NCBI GenBank assembly: GCA_005222975.1
Contig: NJBI01000002.1
Coordinates: forward strand, 71,475 to 135,474
Length of the DNA: 64,000 nucleotides
Reading direction: 5' to 3'
From: Promethearchaeota archaeon Loki_b31
Lineage (GTDB): Archaea > Asgardarchaeota > Lokiarchaeia > Sigyniarchaeales > SOKP01
In this document: one piece after another, positions 10,348 to 19,435 of the stretch
Layout of the letters: every line of letters starts with the position of its first letter
Numbering within the stretch: the stretch's first letter is position 1
The notes under the pieces: model-generated
Told to the model about the DNA's origin: nothing
What the model saw: the letters and a program-made list of their open reading frames with translations, nothing else
Databases searched by the model: none
Translations under genes and position numbers: made by a program

Positions 10348-12036
10348 TTAACCTCCAAAAGCTTCAATTTCAGAAAAAATTTGATCATCTGTAAAATGTC
10401 TTATCACAATTGCTTGACTCGTACATGTTGCACCACACACTCCGCATCCTTTACATAATGCTTCTATAATTTCAATCTCATCCTTTTCATTTTTGATAAT
10501 TGCATTAAAAGGACAGACTTTGATACATATTTCGCAACCAGTACACAGACTTTTATTATATTCGGGTAAACTTGATGTTGCTCCTTCTACTTCGAGCGAT
10601 TCATGAGACAAAACTCTGCTTGCCCTTGCCGCAGCAGCATATCCTTGAGTAATAGCTTCTGTTATATCTACGGGCCATTTAGCTGAACCACCAATATAGA
10701 TTCCATCTGTGGCAAAGTCGTTAGGACGTAGTTTTACGTGTGCCTCCAAAAAGAATTTGTTAGTTTCTAAAGGGACCTTTAACATTTGAGCAAGTTCTTT
10801 GTTATCGTTATTCGCAACTAACGGCGTTGATAACACAAGTAAATCATATGGAAGGATCAGTTCTTCCCCCATATATTCGTTAAATACTTTTACATGGTCT
10901 TCTTCTACAGTTGGTACTTTATCAAGACTATATTTAATAAAGAGCACGCCTTGTTCCCGTGCATCTCTATAGTATTTCTCGTAATCTGTTCCAGGAGTAT
11001 ATAAATCTCTAAATAAGATCGTAATATTTGCTTCAGGATTTTTTTCTTTAATAATTAAAGCATTTTTTAAAGCCGTCATGCAACAAACGCTTGAACAGTA
11101 TGGGCGTTCGTCAATTCGAGAACCTACGCACTGTATCATTACAAAATTATTTGCTTTTACATCGTTATTTATAAATTTATGCTCTAATTCAAATTGCGTG
11201 ATTCTTGTTTTACCGTCGTACCCATATAAATTGTTAGGCGTAAAAAGTGAAGAACCTACAGCAACTATTATAGCACCTACGGACAATTCAATATTTTTTC
11301 CATTTTGTTCTACTTCTACCTCGAAATTACCTACAAATCCATCAATATTTTTAACTATGGTTGATGTTAAAACTTGCAAATTTTGAGCATTTTGAATGTT
11401 ATTTTTAATTTTATCTAAAAAATCTGAAGCGTCTAATTGATGAGGAAAGAGTTTATGTAGCGAATTTAACCTTCCTCCTAATTTATCTTCCTTCTCAATT
11501 AAGTAGGTTTGAAATCCTTGTCTGCTTAAATTCAGAGCCGCACTCATACCAGCGACACCTCCACCAATTACTAAAGCGGACGGGTTAACACTTACCATGA
11601 TTATATCGAGTGCTTCAAGCTTTACAGCTTTAGCAGTTCCCATCCTAATTAAATCTTGAGCTTTCTTATAAGCTTCCTCGGGCTGCTTTTGATGTACCCA
11701 AGTACATTGATCACGAATATTAACAAAGTTAAAGAGATATTTGTTTAAACCCGCTTCGGAAACACAATCTCGGAATAAGGGTTCGTGAGTTCTTGGCGTA
11801 CAAGATGCTACAACAACGCGATTTAAATTGCGTTCTTCGATTGCCGCCTTAATACTCGCTAAACCGTTTTCTGAACAAGTATATAGGTTATCCTCTGCAT
11901 AGGTAACATTTGGAAGACTTTTTGCTTCTTCAGCTAAAGTCTTACAGTCTATCAAACCACCTATATTTGAACCACAATGACATACAAATACTCCCACCCT
12001 TACATCTTCAATATCTTTCTTTTCTTCTTCTGACAT
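10348..12036 (-). CDS. hdrA: HdrA-like flavoprotein corresponding to the C-terminal half of the 1004-aa HdrA
   Basis: GVFVCHCG, CTPRTHE, GGGVAG, QCVGSR, EAHVKLRP, C-terminal 2x[4Fe-4S]. Confidence 0.88.
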   Translation of the reverse strand: MSEEEKKDIEDVRVGVFVCHCGSNIGGLIDCKTLAEEAKSLPNVTYAEDNLYTCSENGLASIKAAIEERNLNRVVVASCTPRTHEPLFRDCVSEAGLNKYLFNFVNIRDQCTWVHQKQPEEAYKKAQDLIRMGTAKAVKLEALDIIMVSVNPSALVIGGGVAGMSAALNLSRQGFQTYLIEKEDKLGGRLNSLHKLFPHQLDASDFLDKIKNNIQNAQNLQVLTSTIVKNIDGFVGNFEVEVEQNGKNIELSVGAIIVAVGSSLFTPNNLYGYDGKTRITQFELEHKFINNDVKANNFVMIQCVGSRIDERPYCSSVCCMTALKNALIIKEKNPEANITILFRDLYTPGTDYEKYYRDAREQGVLFIKYSLDKVPTVEEDHVKVFNEYMGEELILPYDLLVLSTPLVANNDNKELAQMLKVPLETNKFFLEAHVKLRPNDFATDGIYIGGSAKWPVDITEAITQGYAAAARASRVLSHESLEVEGATSSLPEYNKSLCTGCEICIKVCPFNAIIKNEKDEIEIIEALCKGCGVCGATCTSQAIVIRHFTDDQIFSEIEAFGG

Positions 12037-12040
12037 TTTT

Positions 12041-13363
12041 TTAACCTCCTCTAATTACTTCTGCTGCCCTTGCTGCCGCACCGCTCGCCTCAGAAACCGA
12101 GCGTGGTATATCCATTGGCTCATGCACGCATCCGCATGTGAAGATACCTCCCTTACTGGTTTCTGTTGAGTCAAAAGGAGGAGTTTTAACAAATCTATAC
12201 TCGTTTAATTCAATACCTAAAACTTCTGACATTTTCTCAATTCCTTCTGGTGGGATAATACACGTGGCTAAAACTGCTAAGTCTACTTTTAATTCTTTTA
12301 TCTCTCCATTGTCCAAATCTTCATACACTATAATCGGATTTTCTTTATTATCAACGGTAATTTGAGCAATTTTACTCTTAATATATTTAATACTATAATC
12401 ATTTTCGCCCCTTTGAATAAAAGATTGAAAGCCTTTACCCCCTGCTCTCATATCTATATAAAAGACATACGACTCCAATTCATTATTATGCTCGTAAGCT
12501 ATCATAGCTTCTTTAGTTGTATACATACAACAAATCGACGAGCAATACTGTCTACTTCTATCGTTTCGTGAACCGATACATTGTAAATAAGCTATTTTTT
12601 TTGGTTTTTCTCCATCAGATAGTCTTTTTATGTGCCCATCTTGAGGTCCAGAAGCGCTTAACAATCTTTCGAATTCTAAGGCGGTAACGACATTCCTGTA
12701 CTTTTGATAACCGTAATTTCTTAAAACCTCATTATCAATATCTTCGATCAAATTATACCCCGTAGCAACGATAATAGAACCAACATTATTCAATTTAATT
12801 TGTTGATCTTGTTGCTCAAAATCAATTGCTTCCTTCTCACAAACTTTCTCACAAATTCTACAAGCGTTCTTTGTAAACCATAAGCAATTATCCTTATCAA
12901 TCGTCATTATAGCAGGAACTCCTTGCAAGTAATACATATAAATAGCTCTCCTTTTTCTTAGCTGACGATCGAATTCATCTATTACCCTCATTGGGCATTT
13001 TTCAGCGCAAACACCGCAATTTATACACTCATCTTCTTTAACGTAGCGTGCACGTTTTAAAATATCGACCGAAAAATTACCGCTCTCACCCTCCACTTTC
13101 TGAACTTCTGAATACGAATAGAGCGTAATGTTTGGATGTCTATAACATTCTGATAATTTAGGGGCTAATATGCAAATCGAACAATCGTTGGTAGGAAATG
13201 TTTTATCTAATTGGGCCATTCTGCCCCCGATATTTGGAGCTTTTTCTACCATATCTACATGTATTCCCATATCCGCTAAATCTAATGCTGCTTGAATTCC
13301 TGCGATCCCACCACCGATAACTAAGACACTCTTTGAGTTTTTTTCCAAATTTACTTCACTCAT
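12041..13363 (-). CDS. hdrA: HdrA-like flavoprotein corresponding to the N-terminal half of the 1004-aa HdrA
   Basis: GGGIAG, LDKTFPTNDC, inserted ferredoxin, QCIGSR, CSSICC, PMDIP. Confidence 0.88.
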   Translation of the reverse strand: MSEVNLEKNSKSVLVIGGGIAGIQAALDLADMGIHVDMVEKAPNIGGRMAQLDKTFPTNDCSICILAPKLSECYRHPNITLYSYSEVQKVEGESGNFSVDILKRARYVKEDECINCGVCAEKCPMRVIDEFDRQLRKRRAIYMYYLQGVPAIMTIDKDNCLWFTKNACRICEKVCEKEAIDFEQQDQQIKLNNVGSIIVATGYNLIEDIDNEVLRNYGYQKYRNVVTALEFERLLSASGPQDGHIKRLSDGEKPKKIAYLQCIGSRNDRSRQYCSSICCMYTTKEAMIAYEHNNELESYVFYIDMRAGGKGFQSFIQRGENDYSIKYIKSKIAQITVDNKENPIIVYEDLDNGEIKELKVDLAVLATCIIPPEGIEKMSEVLGIELNEYRFVKTPPFDSTETSKGGIFTCGCVHEPMDIPRSVSEASGAAARAAEVIRGG

Positions 13364-13387
13364 TATTAATTTTAATTTTAATAAAGT

Positions 13388-14263
13388 TTAAACATTAAAC
13401 CCTATACTTTCGAATAATTCCTTTGGTTTAATTCGATGAAAGTTAAATCCTAATTCTTCCGGTTTAAACCCAAATGATAAAGCCATCAACTCAGACAAAT
13501 AAAAAACAGGTATGTTGTATTCAGTATTATTTCTCTTGTTAAGTTCTCTCTGATTAAACTCAAATTGTTGATAACAAGCAGGACATACTACAACAACACA
13601 GTTAGCGCCAGCTTCATTAATTGCTTTCAATTTGTTGTCTATCATTTGCAGAGATAAATCCCTATCCGACTTATCAAGAGGATTTCCACAACACTCCATT
13701 TTTAGCTCATATTCTATGGATTCCGCTCCCAATGTCTTAACGATTTCATCTAAAGTTACTGGTTCAAATGGGTCGTCCCATTTAATAAACTCTGAAGGCC
13801 TTAAATAGTGACAACCGTAATGAATGGCGACCTTAAAACCTTCCAAGGGTTTTTCTATGTTTTCTTTAACTTTTTCTAGATTTTCATAAAGAACTTGAGC
13901 AAAATGTTTTACTTCTGTTTTGCCCTCATATGTCTTTCCAATCCTTTTTAAGTATTTGTTAACTTTTTGCTTAGCGTCTCTATCCTTATTTATAAAATAA
14001 TTTACGCCTTTTAATGTTTCAACGCATCCTGAGCAAAAAGATATGACTCCTCCATTGTTATTGCACAAACTTAAATTCCTTGCACCCAAAGCTAACCATG
14101 TTTCGTGGTCAATTAGTTCAATTCCAGTAGGATCAGGACAACAACTAAATCCGTCAACATCTCGTAATTCAATACCAAGTTTTTCAAAAACTTTTCTTGA
14201 AGATACCTCTAAATAAGGTAATCTTGCCGGAATAACGCAACCCAAAAATAAATCGTACGCCAT
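13388..14263 (-). CDS. hdrB: heterodisulfide reductase subunit B
   Basis: Two CCG domains: FLGC...CCP...CSGC and HYGCH...CCG...CPAC. Confidence 0.92.
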   Translation of the reverse strand: MAYDLFLGCVIPARLPYLEVSSRKVFEKLGIELRDVDGFSCCPDPTGIELIDHETWLALGARNLSLCNNNGGVISFCSGCVETLKGVNYFINKDRDAKQKVNKYLKRIGKTYEGKTEVKHFAQVLYENLEKVKENIEKPLEGFKVAIHYGCHYLRPSEFIKWDDPFEPVTLDEIVKTLGAESIEYELKMECCGNPLDKSDRDLSLQMIDNKLKAINEAGANCVVVVCPACYQQFEFNQRELNKRNNTEYNIPVFYLSELMALSFGFKPEELGFNFHRIKPKELFESIGFNV

Positions 14264-14264
14264 T

Positions 14265-14762
14265 TTATTCGCGCCCCCTCAAGATATTTTTTTCAAAATT
14301 AGTCTCTCTCATTAGAGTTTTAATCTCTTCCGCTGACGCGATTTTGATCTCTGGAAGACCTAATTTTTTACGCCTAGCAACGATCGAATTTGAATAAGGA
14401 ATGGCAACTCCAGTATCAAATACCGCTTTACCCTGGGAGTAAAACGCTTCGGGATATTTCTGCTCTTCAAAACACAAGTTTTTTATTAAAGTAAATATCT
14501 CCGTTAATTCTACCTTTTGAGGGCACAACTCAACGCATTTTTGACAAGTCGAACACAACCAGGGGTTAGGATCTTGACTCTCAACTAATTTATCCTTTAA
14601 TCCTAATATTGCCTCTTCAATTATTTTTCTAGGATTATACTTCCCATTTGTAAGTAAAGCTACAGGACACCCACCAGAACACGTTGAACATTGATAACAA
14701 TAACTTAATGAAGCGTTATGCTTGAGTACTTCGTTTCTAAAATTATAATTTACGACACTCAT
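14265..14762 (-). CDS. hdrC: heterodisulfide reductase subunit C
   Basis: CYQCSTCSGGCP, WLCSTCQKCVELCP; adjacent to hdrB. Confidence 0.92.
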   Translation of the reverse strand: MSVVNYNFRNEVLKHNASLSYCYQCSTCSGGCPVALLTNGKYNPRKIIEEAILGLKDKLVESQDPNPWLCSTCQKCVELCPQKVELTEIFTLIKNLCFEEQKYPEAFYSQGKAVFDTGVAIPYSNSIVARRKKLGLPEIKIASAEEIKTLMRETNFEKNILRGRE

Positions 14763-14881
14763 GTCAAAACCTCTTTTTCTAACCTTTTGTGATTTTTAAT
14801 GGTATAACTAATTTAAATTTTACAAAAAGGAAATATAAGTTCAATTAATTTATTACATTTCAGCACAATTAGATAAATTAT

Positions 14882-14904
14882 AATGGAAAATCGACATTTC
14901 CATT
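14882..14904. promoter_or_regulatory. inverted repeat upstream of hdrC (candidate operator)
   Basis: AATGGAAA-atcgaca-TTTCCATT. Confidence 0.35.
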
Positions 14905-14946
14905 CTAACTTGTTTAGATAACTATTGAATTTGATTCTATTTTTAA

Positions 14947-15225
14947 TTACTCGAGATGCTTTTGAAGATCTATGTAAATTGGTATCTCTTCGCCCTTCTT
15001 CTTAATTACAACTCTTAAAAGCCCATCCTCTATAGATGTTTCAATTGGTCTTAACTCTTCTTCGGACGCTTTTGGAGCGATATCCCCTTCAGGACGCTTC
15101 GTTTTAGTCTTTAAACAAGTGTGTTGCTCGTTATAGAGAAGACAGTGTGAACAACAAAAGCCTTCCGGCATATATCCCACTATTGAACACTTATCGTAAT
15201 TGTCGCAATTACAGTTGTTACACAT
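14947..15225 (-). CDS. 8-Cys microprotein paralogue 3 (92 aa)
   Basis: Shares MCNxCxC..YxxCSIVGYxPxxFCCxxCxxY.....C with both neighbours; GAGGT upstream of the ATG. Confidence 0.85.
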   Translation of the reverse strand: MCNNCNCDNYDKCSIVGYMPEGFCCSHCLLYNEQHTCLKTKTKRPEGDIAPKASEEELRPIETSIEDGLLRVVIKKKGEEIPIYIDLQKHLE

Positions 15226-15237
15226 AAGCGTTTACCT

Positions 15238-15468
15238 CTATTTGCCTATGATAGTGGTTATCTTTTCCTTTTTTGCTTCTTCCTGAGTTTCAACTCGAAT
15301 ATGTTGAGAATTTGAGTCAAAAACCTTTGCTTTCATTCTAATATAATTTTCGCACGAATGTCTATTTTCGTACCCTACACAAATTTCGCAACAAAACGCA
15401 ATCGGTTGGTACCCAACAATCGAACATCGATCGTAAGCATCTTGACTACAATTACAGCTATTACACAT
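15238..15468 (-). CDS. 8-Cys microprotein paralogue 2 (76 aa)
   Basis: Same motif; GAGGG upstream of the ATG. Confidence 0.85.
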   Translation of the reverse strand: MCNSCNCSQDAYDRCSIVGYQPIAFCCEICVGYENRHSCENYIRMKAKVFDSNSQHIRVETQEEAKKEKITTIIGK

Positions 15469-15488
15469 ATTTAATTCCCTCTCGATTT

Positions 15489-15665
15489 TTAGTGAATAAT
15501 TATCTGTGTTGGCAGGTTATTCCTGCTAAACTCAACTTCTCTTAGTGTCTGAAAGCATTTTTCCCGGTCTTCGTAAAAAACACATTTAGGACAACAAAAA
15601 CCTAATGGAAAATACCCGACAATGGAACATTTCTCGTAGTTTTCGCAATCGCAGTTATTACACAT
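15489..15665 (-). CDS. 8-Cys microprotein paralogue 1 (58 aa, not in ORF track)
   Basis: Hand translation MCNNCDCENYEKCSIVGYFPLGFCCPKCVFYEDREKCFQTLREVEFSRNNLPTQIIIH*. Confidence 0.85.
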   Translation of the reverse strand: MCNNCDCENYEKCSIVGYFPLGFCCPKCVFYEDREKCFQTLREVEFSRNNLPTQIIIH

Positions 15666-15821
15666 TTTTATTCACTTTTATTATTTTTTTATTGTGAATT
15701 AATTCCCACAATTTTTTTTACTATGATCATAATTAGATAAATTAGTATTTAAATGTGACTTTTTCCAACTTTTCGACTAGACTTTTTATCGATAATTATG
15801 ATTTTGTTTGTTTAGAGCAAT

Positions 15822-15837
15822 GATTCTGATCAGAATC
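15822..15837. promoter_or_regulatory. perfect 16-bp palindrome in the divergent intergenic region
   Basis: GATTCTGATCAGAATC. Confidence 0.35.
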
Positions 15838-16333
15838 TACGCATCCAATAACGAACCAATTTTAACTGATCCAAATCACTAATTAATATAGAATATTATT
15901 ATTCAAAGGTTCAAAATGTAAAAAAAGTTCAAAAAAAGCCAAACATATGATGCTTTTCGAAAAATAATCGCTATAAAATGGTAAAAATCATGAATTCCCT
16001 TGGACACGAGTGTAACCAATGAACCTAATAATGTTGAATATAACGAGTAGAAAGCGTGTTTTGATAGTTTTTAAAAATTAAAATAATTTAAACCTAAAAA
16101 AATAACATGTTCGAGTTTAGGAAGATATTATTTTTATCACATCAATGATCGATAAAGGCAAGGAATTCAAGTGATTTATGTAAGGATTCAACATTTTATG
16201 AACTTATTTAAGATAAGGTTTCAGAAAAAATTTCGAAAAACGATAAAAATTAATAATTGATCATTGATAATTGATCATAAGAACATTATAATTTTGTAAA
16301 GATATTAATAATAATACAAGTGAGTTAATTGAA

Positions 16334-16753
16334 ATGGATGTTATAGACATTAAGATTTTAGAAGAATTAAAAATGGATAGTAGAATGTCGTTTAATGAAA
16401 TCAGTAAACGTATTATGAAAACAGAAGCAACCGTTAGAAGAAGAGTGAAAAAATTGAGAGAAGATGGAATTATCAAGCGGTTTACAATAGATTATGTAAT
16501 TGATACAAAACCTAAAACTTCCGCAACTATAAAAATAGAGCCTGATTTCAAAGATATTAAGCGAATTTTGAATGAATTAAAAGAAATTGAGGAAATAACG
16601 GCTATTTGGAGGTTATCTGGAGATTGTGGACTTCTTATGAAAGTAGATATTGCCTCTATCGAGAAGTTTAATCCCCTTATAGAAGACAAGATCTCTCAGG
16701 TTTCAGGAATAAAAATAGTAGAAACCTGTTTTATAACTGATATTATCAAATAA
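16334..16753 (+). CDS. Lrp/AsnC-family transcriptional regulator
   Basis: DxIDxKILxEL..DSR.SF.EI...TEATVRRRVKKL...GII HTH plus RAM domain (LSGDCGL). Confidence 0.92.
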   Translation: MDVIDIKILEELKMDSRMSFNEISKRIMKTEATVRRRVKKLREDGIIKRFTIDYVIDTKPKTSATIKIEPDFKDIKRILNELKEIEEITAIWRLSGDCGLLMKVDIASIEKFNPLIEDKISQVSGIKIVETCFITDIIK

Positions 16754-16981
16754 CAAAAAAATTCTTTTTACTAATTACTAATCTTTTTTTAATCTAAATC
16801 TAAACGAAAAATTAACTTAGTTTTTACCTGAAAAATGGGGAAAAAGGCAAAAAGATATTAAAGTTCTAAAACATTAAGCCTAAAAAAATTAATAATTTTC
16901 CACAGTCACTTTTTTTTAATTATTTTGGGACGATATAACGAACATAAGAAAATAATATTTTCCTTTAAAAATTATTAAAAG

Positions 16982-17167
16982 ATGATAAATATAATGATTA
17001 ACGAGGTAATTATTAACCCAAAAAGTTGCATTTTGTCGTGCCCATTTTCACACGCGTGCAACCTTCCCAAAGTTGAAAGTTTATGCAATTTTCCAGATTA
17101 TAAACTTTGCCATGATTACGATTCCAAACTAAAAAGATTAAAAGCCTCAACCAAAATCTTGCACTAA
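16982..17167 (+). CDS. small Cys-rich hypothetical protein
   Basis: CxxxCPFxxxC...C...CxxY in 61 aa; start uncertain. Confidence 0.6.
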   Translation: MINIMINEVIINPKSCILSCPFSHACNLPKVESLCNFPDYKLCHDYDSKLKRLKASTKILH

Positions 17168-17330
17168 TTAAAATCTAAACCCCTGAAACTGAGAATTTTA
17201 TAATGTTTTTTAAAAATCAGGTAAATTCAAGGCTTAGTTTAAGCATAAATGGTCTAAATTAATATATATCTACTTTTAAAACTAACGAAATGCAAATACT
17301 AAGTAGTTAAAACCTAAGAAAAGAAAAATA

Positions 17331-17621
17331 TTATAACTCTTTCTCTATTAAAATCTCGTTCAAAACGATATCGAGCTCAATGTCGGAGTCTCTTATCTTT
17401 TTAACGACTTTCCTTAAACCATAATCGTTTAACATTAGTTCAATAATGTTTTTATATAACCCGACTATGTTTTCCTTGCCCGCTTCGTAAAAAATTTGAT
17501 CATCTTTATCAGCAAGGCCAATGCTTAGGATATCGTATAATCCCTTAATGGACTCCTTAATATCGTGGAAATTCTTCTCGGCTTTTTCTACACTACCATT
17601 CGTAAAATTTGTTTGAGGCAT
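17331..17621 (-). CDS. small helical hypothetical protein
   Basis: The ATG of MPQTNF at 17621 is preferred over the track start; a TATA-like element lies at about 17657-17665. Confidence 0.7.
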   Translation of the reverse strand: MPQTNFTNGSVEKAEKNFHDIKESIKGLYDILSIGLADKDDQIFYEAGKENIVGLYKNIIELMLNDYGLRKVVKKIRDSDIELDIVLNEILIEKEL

Positions 17622-18109
17622 TTTTTTAATCACTATGTTACAATAATAAATCTGAATATTTAAATGATTATTATTTTCGACTATTTCGTGTAAGTTCACG
17701 ATCAGCAAATGTAAGGGATTCTTATGGTGTTGACGAATATCATAAACAAAAATAATAAAATAACAGATAAGAAAATGTCGAAAATAGTAATAAAAAAAAC
17801 TTTAGGTGTGATGATAATCAAAAATATATTAAGTCGATCGACGAATCTCGTCATAAAGATCTTTTTTGATCGAACTTTTCTGAAAAATGAAGAAAAAGTC
17901 AATTTTTAGAACATTATTTTTTTAAAAAACAATAGATAAATAAGCTAATACTTAACATAGTTCTCTCTTTTAGAACCCAAAATATATAAAAAAAAAACTT
18001 TATTGAGATTTTTCTTCCAATTTTATATTAGAAGTGATATAAAGGCTGATAACACAACTTATTATTTTTATATCGAGTGATTTCGAAATTAATAAAAATG
18101 TTAAAAAAC

Positions 18110-19297
18110 TTATACATATTCGATTGTTGCCGGGGGTTTGGGAGTGATGTCAAAATATATATTTTTTGTATCAGGGATTTCAAACAATTTATATTTTATT
18201 TCTTCGATTAAATCGAGTGGTAAATTTGTAACGCTTGCCGTCCTTGCGTCGATGGAATTGATAGATCGGATGAGAACGTCGTAAATTCCTTCGTGACTTT
18301 CGTAAAGCTCGTAAAGTATCCTGGCATAACCTTTTATTTGTGAAGAAAAATGTACTAATTTTTCAAAATCCCATTCACCTTTAATCGATAAAGGAACTTC
18401 GTAAGTTCTTTGGCCGTTAATGATTCCGGTGACTTTTCTTAATAGCACATCCGTGGTTGTCGCTGCAAACGCTTGAAATGGTTCCTGCTCTCCCTTATCG
18501 TTAATTACCATAGGTTTACCAAATTTTTCAGTATAATAATCGTCAACAGTTGATTCAACAATATCGTGGACTTTTTTTTCAAATTTCAAATTTTCTGAAG
18601 TGACTGGACCAATAATACGAGCCGAGAGCGCTGGACCTGGAAAAGCTTTTCGATAAACTAATTCGTTAGGCATTTTAAAATACTCGAGAATTTTTCTTAC
18701 TTCCGGTTTCGTAAGACTTGCTACAGGTTGTATCGTTGCTTCTACGTCGTATTCAATATCCAAATTGTGTTGACTTTTAACGAAACCTCGAATATTTTTA
18801 TTTTTTAAAGAAACTTCTTCCTTTAAAGACATGGTTTCTTTTAGATCTGAGATTTTAACGCCAAAACTTTCTTCAATATCTGGTAAAATGGTACCATCAG
18901 ATAGTAGGTCGCATTTTTCTTCTTTAATGACTTTGCTAATTGTATCTGAGTAAGCGTCTTTGAATAATTTTCTTTTTACTTCGGCATCCTCTTCTCCATA
19001 AATTTTAGGAAGAAATTTTTCCCTGATATCTACCACCATAACTTCTGGAAATAGCTTTTTAATATTTTCTCTTTCTTCGACCCCCCTAATTATTCGCATA
19101 AGTCCATGATCGATAAAGACCGGAATTGTATTGATATTTGCTTCTTTAAGCAAAAGGTAGGTCGCAGAACTGTCGATCCCTCCAGAAAGGGCACAAAAAA
19201 CTTTTTTATCCTTCGCATGCTTCTGTAAAAATGTTATTGCAGCCTTAACAAACTTTTCGGGTTCGCGGGGCGGATTTATTAATCGATGATTTAGCAT
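18110..19297 (-). CDS. guaAB: GMP synthase ATP-pyrophosphatase subunit (subunit B)
   Basis: ALSGGIDSS PP-loop, DHGLMR, GTILPD, KSQHN, FPGPAL, DITPKPPATIEY; no glutaminase domain. Confidence 0.9.
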   Translation of the reverse strand: MLNHRLINPPREPEKFVKAAITFLQKHAKDKKVFCALSGGIDSSATYLLLKEANINTIPVFIDHGLMRIIRGVEERENIKKLFPEVMVVDIREKFLPKIYGEEDAEVKRKLFKDAYSDTISKVIKEEKCDLLSDGTILPDIEESFGVKISDLKETMSLKEEVSLKNKNIRGFVKSQHNLDIEYDVEATIQPVASLTKPEVRKILEYFKMPNELVYRKAFPGPALSARIIGPVTSENLKFEKKVHDIVESTVDDYYTEKFGKPMVINDKGEQEPFQAFAATTTDVLLRKVTGIINGQRTYEVPLSIKGEWDFEKLVHFSSQIKGYARILYELYESHEGIYDVLIRSINSIDARTASVTNLPLDLIEEIKYKLFEIPDTKNIYFDITPKPPATIEYV

Positions 19298-19435
19298 AAA
19301 ATAAATAAAGTTAATTCATAAAAAAAGCCTAATTATTAATTGGTTATGATTTGCCTAATTTTTTATAGAAGTTATTTGATGTAATATTTGATTCATTTAT
19401 ATTCAATTTCTAAAGAAAATTAAAGGTATAGCGAT

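Noticed and set aside
6087-13363. Selenocysteine recoding in HdrA/MvhD, which is known in Lokiarchaeia
   Set aside because: All ORFs are uninterrupted, with Cys codons at the motif positions; no in-frame TGA was seen.
14947-15665. RiPP precursor peptides
   Set aside because: There is no radical SAM, YcaO, peptidase or exporter nearby. The conserved part is the Cys-rich N-terminus itself rather than a leader. Distant modifying enzymes cannot be excluded.
17702-17909. Overlapping 66-aa and 61-aa ORFs
   Set aside because: Low-complexity translations of AT-rich intergenic DNA with no motifs.
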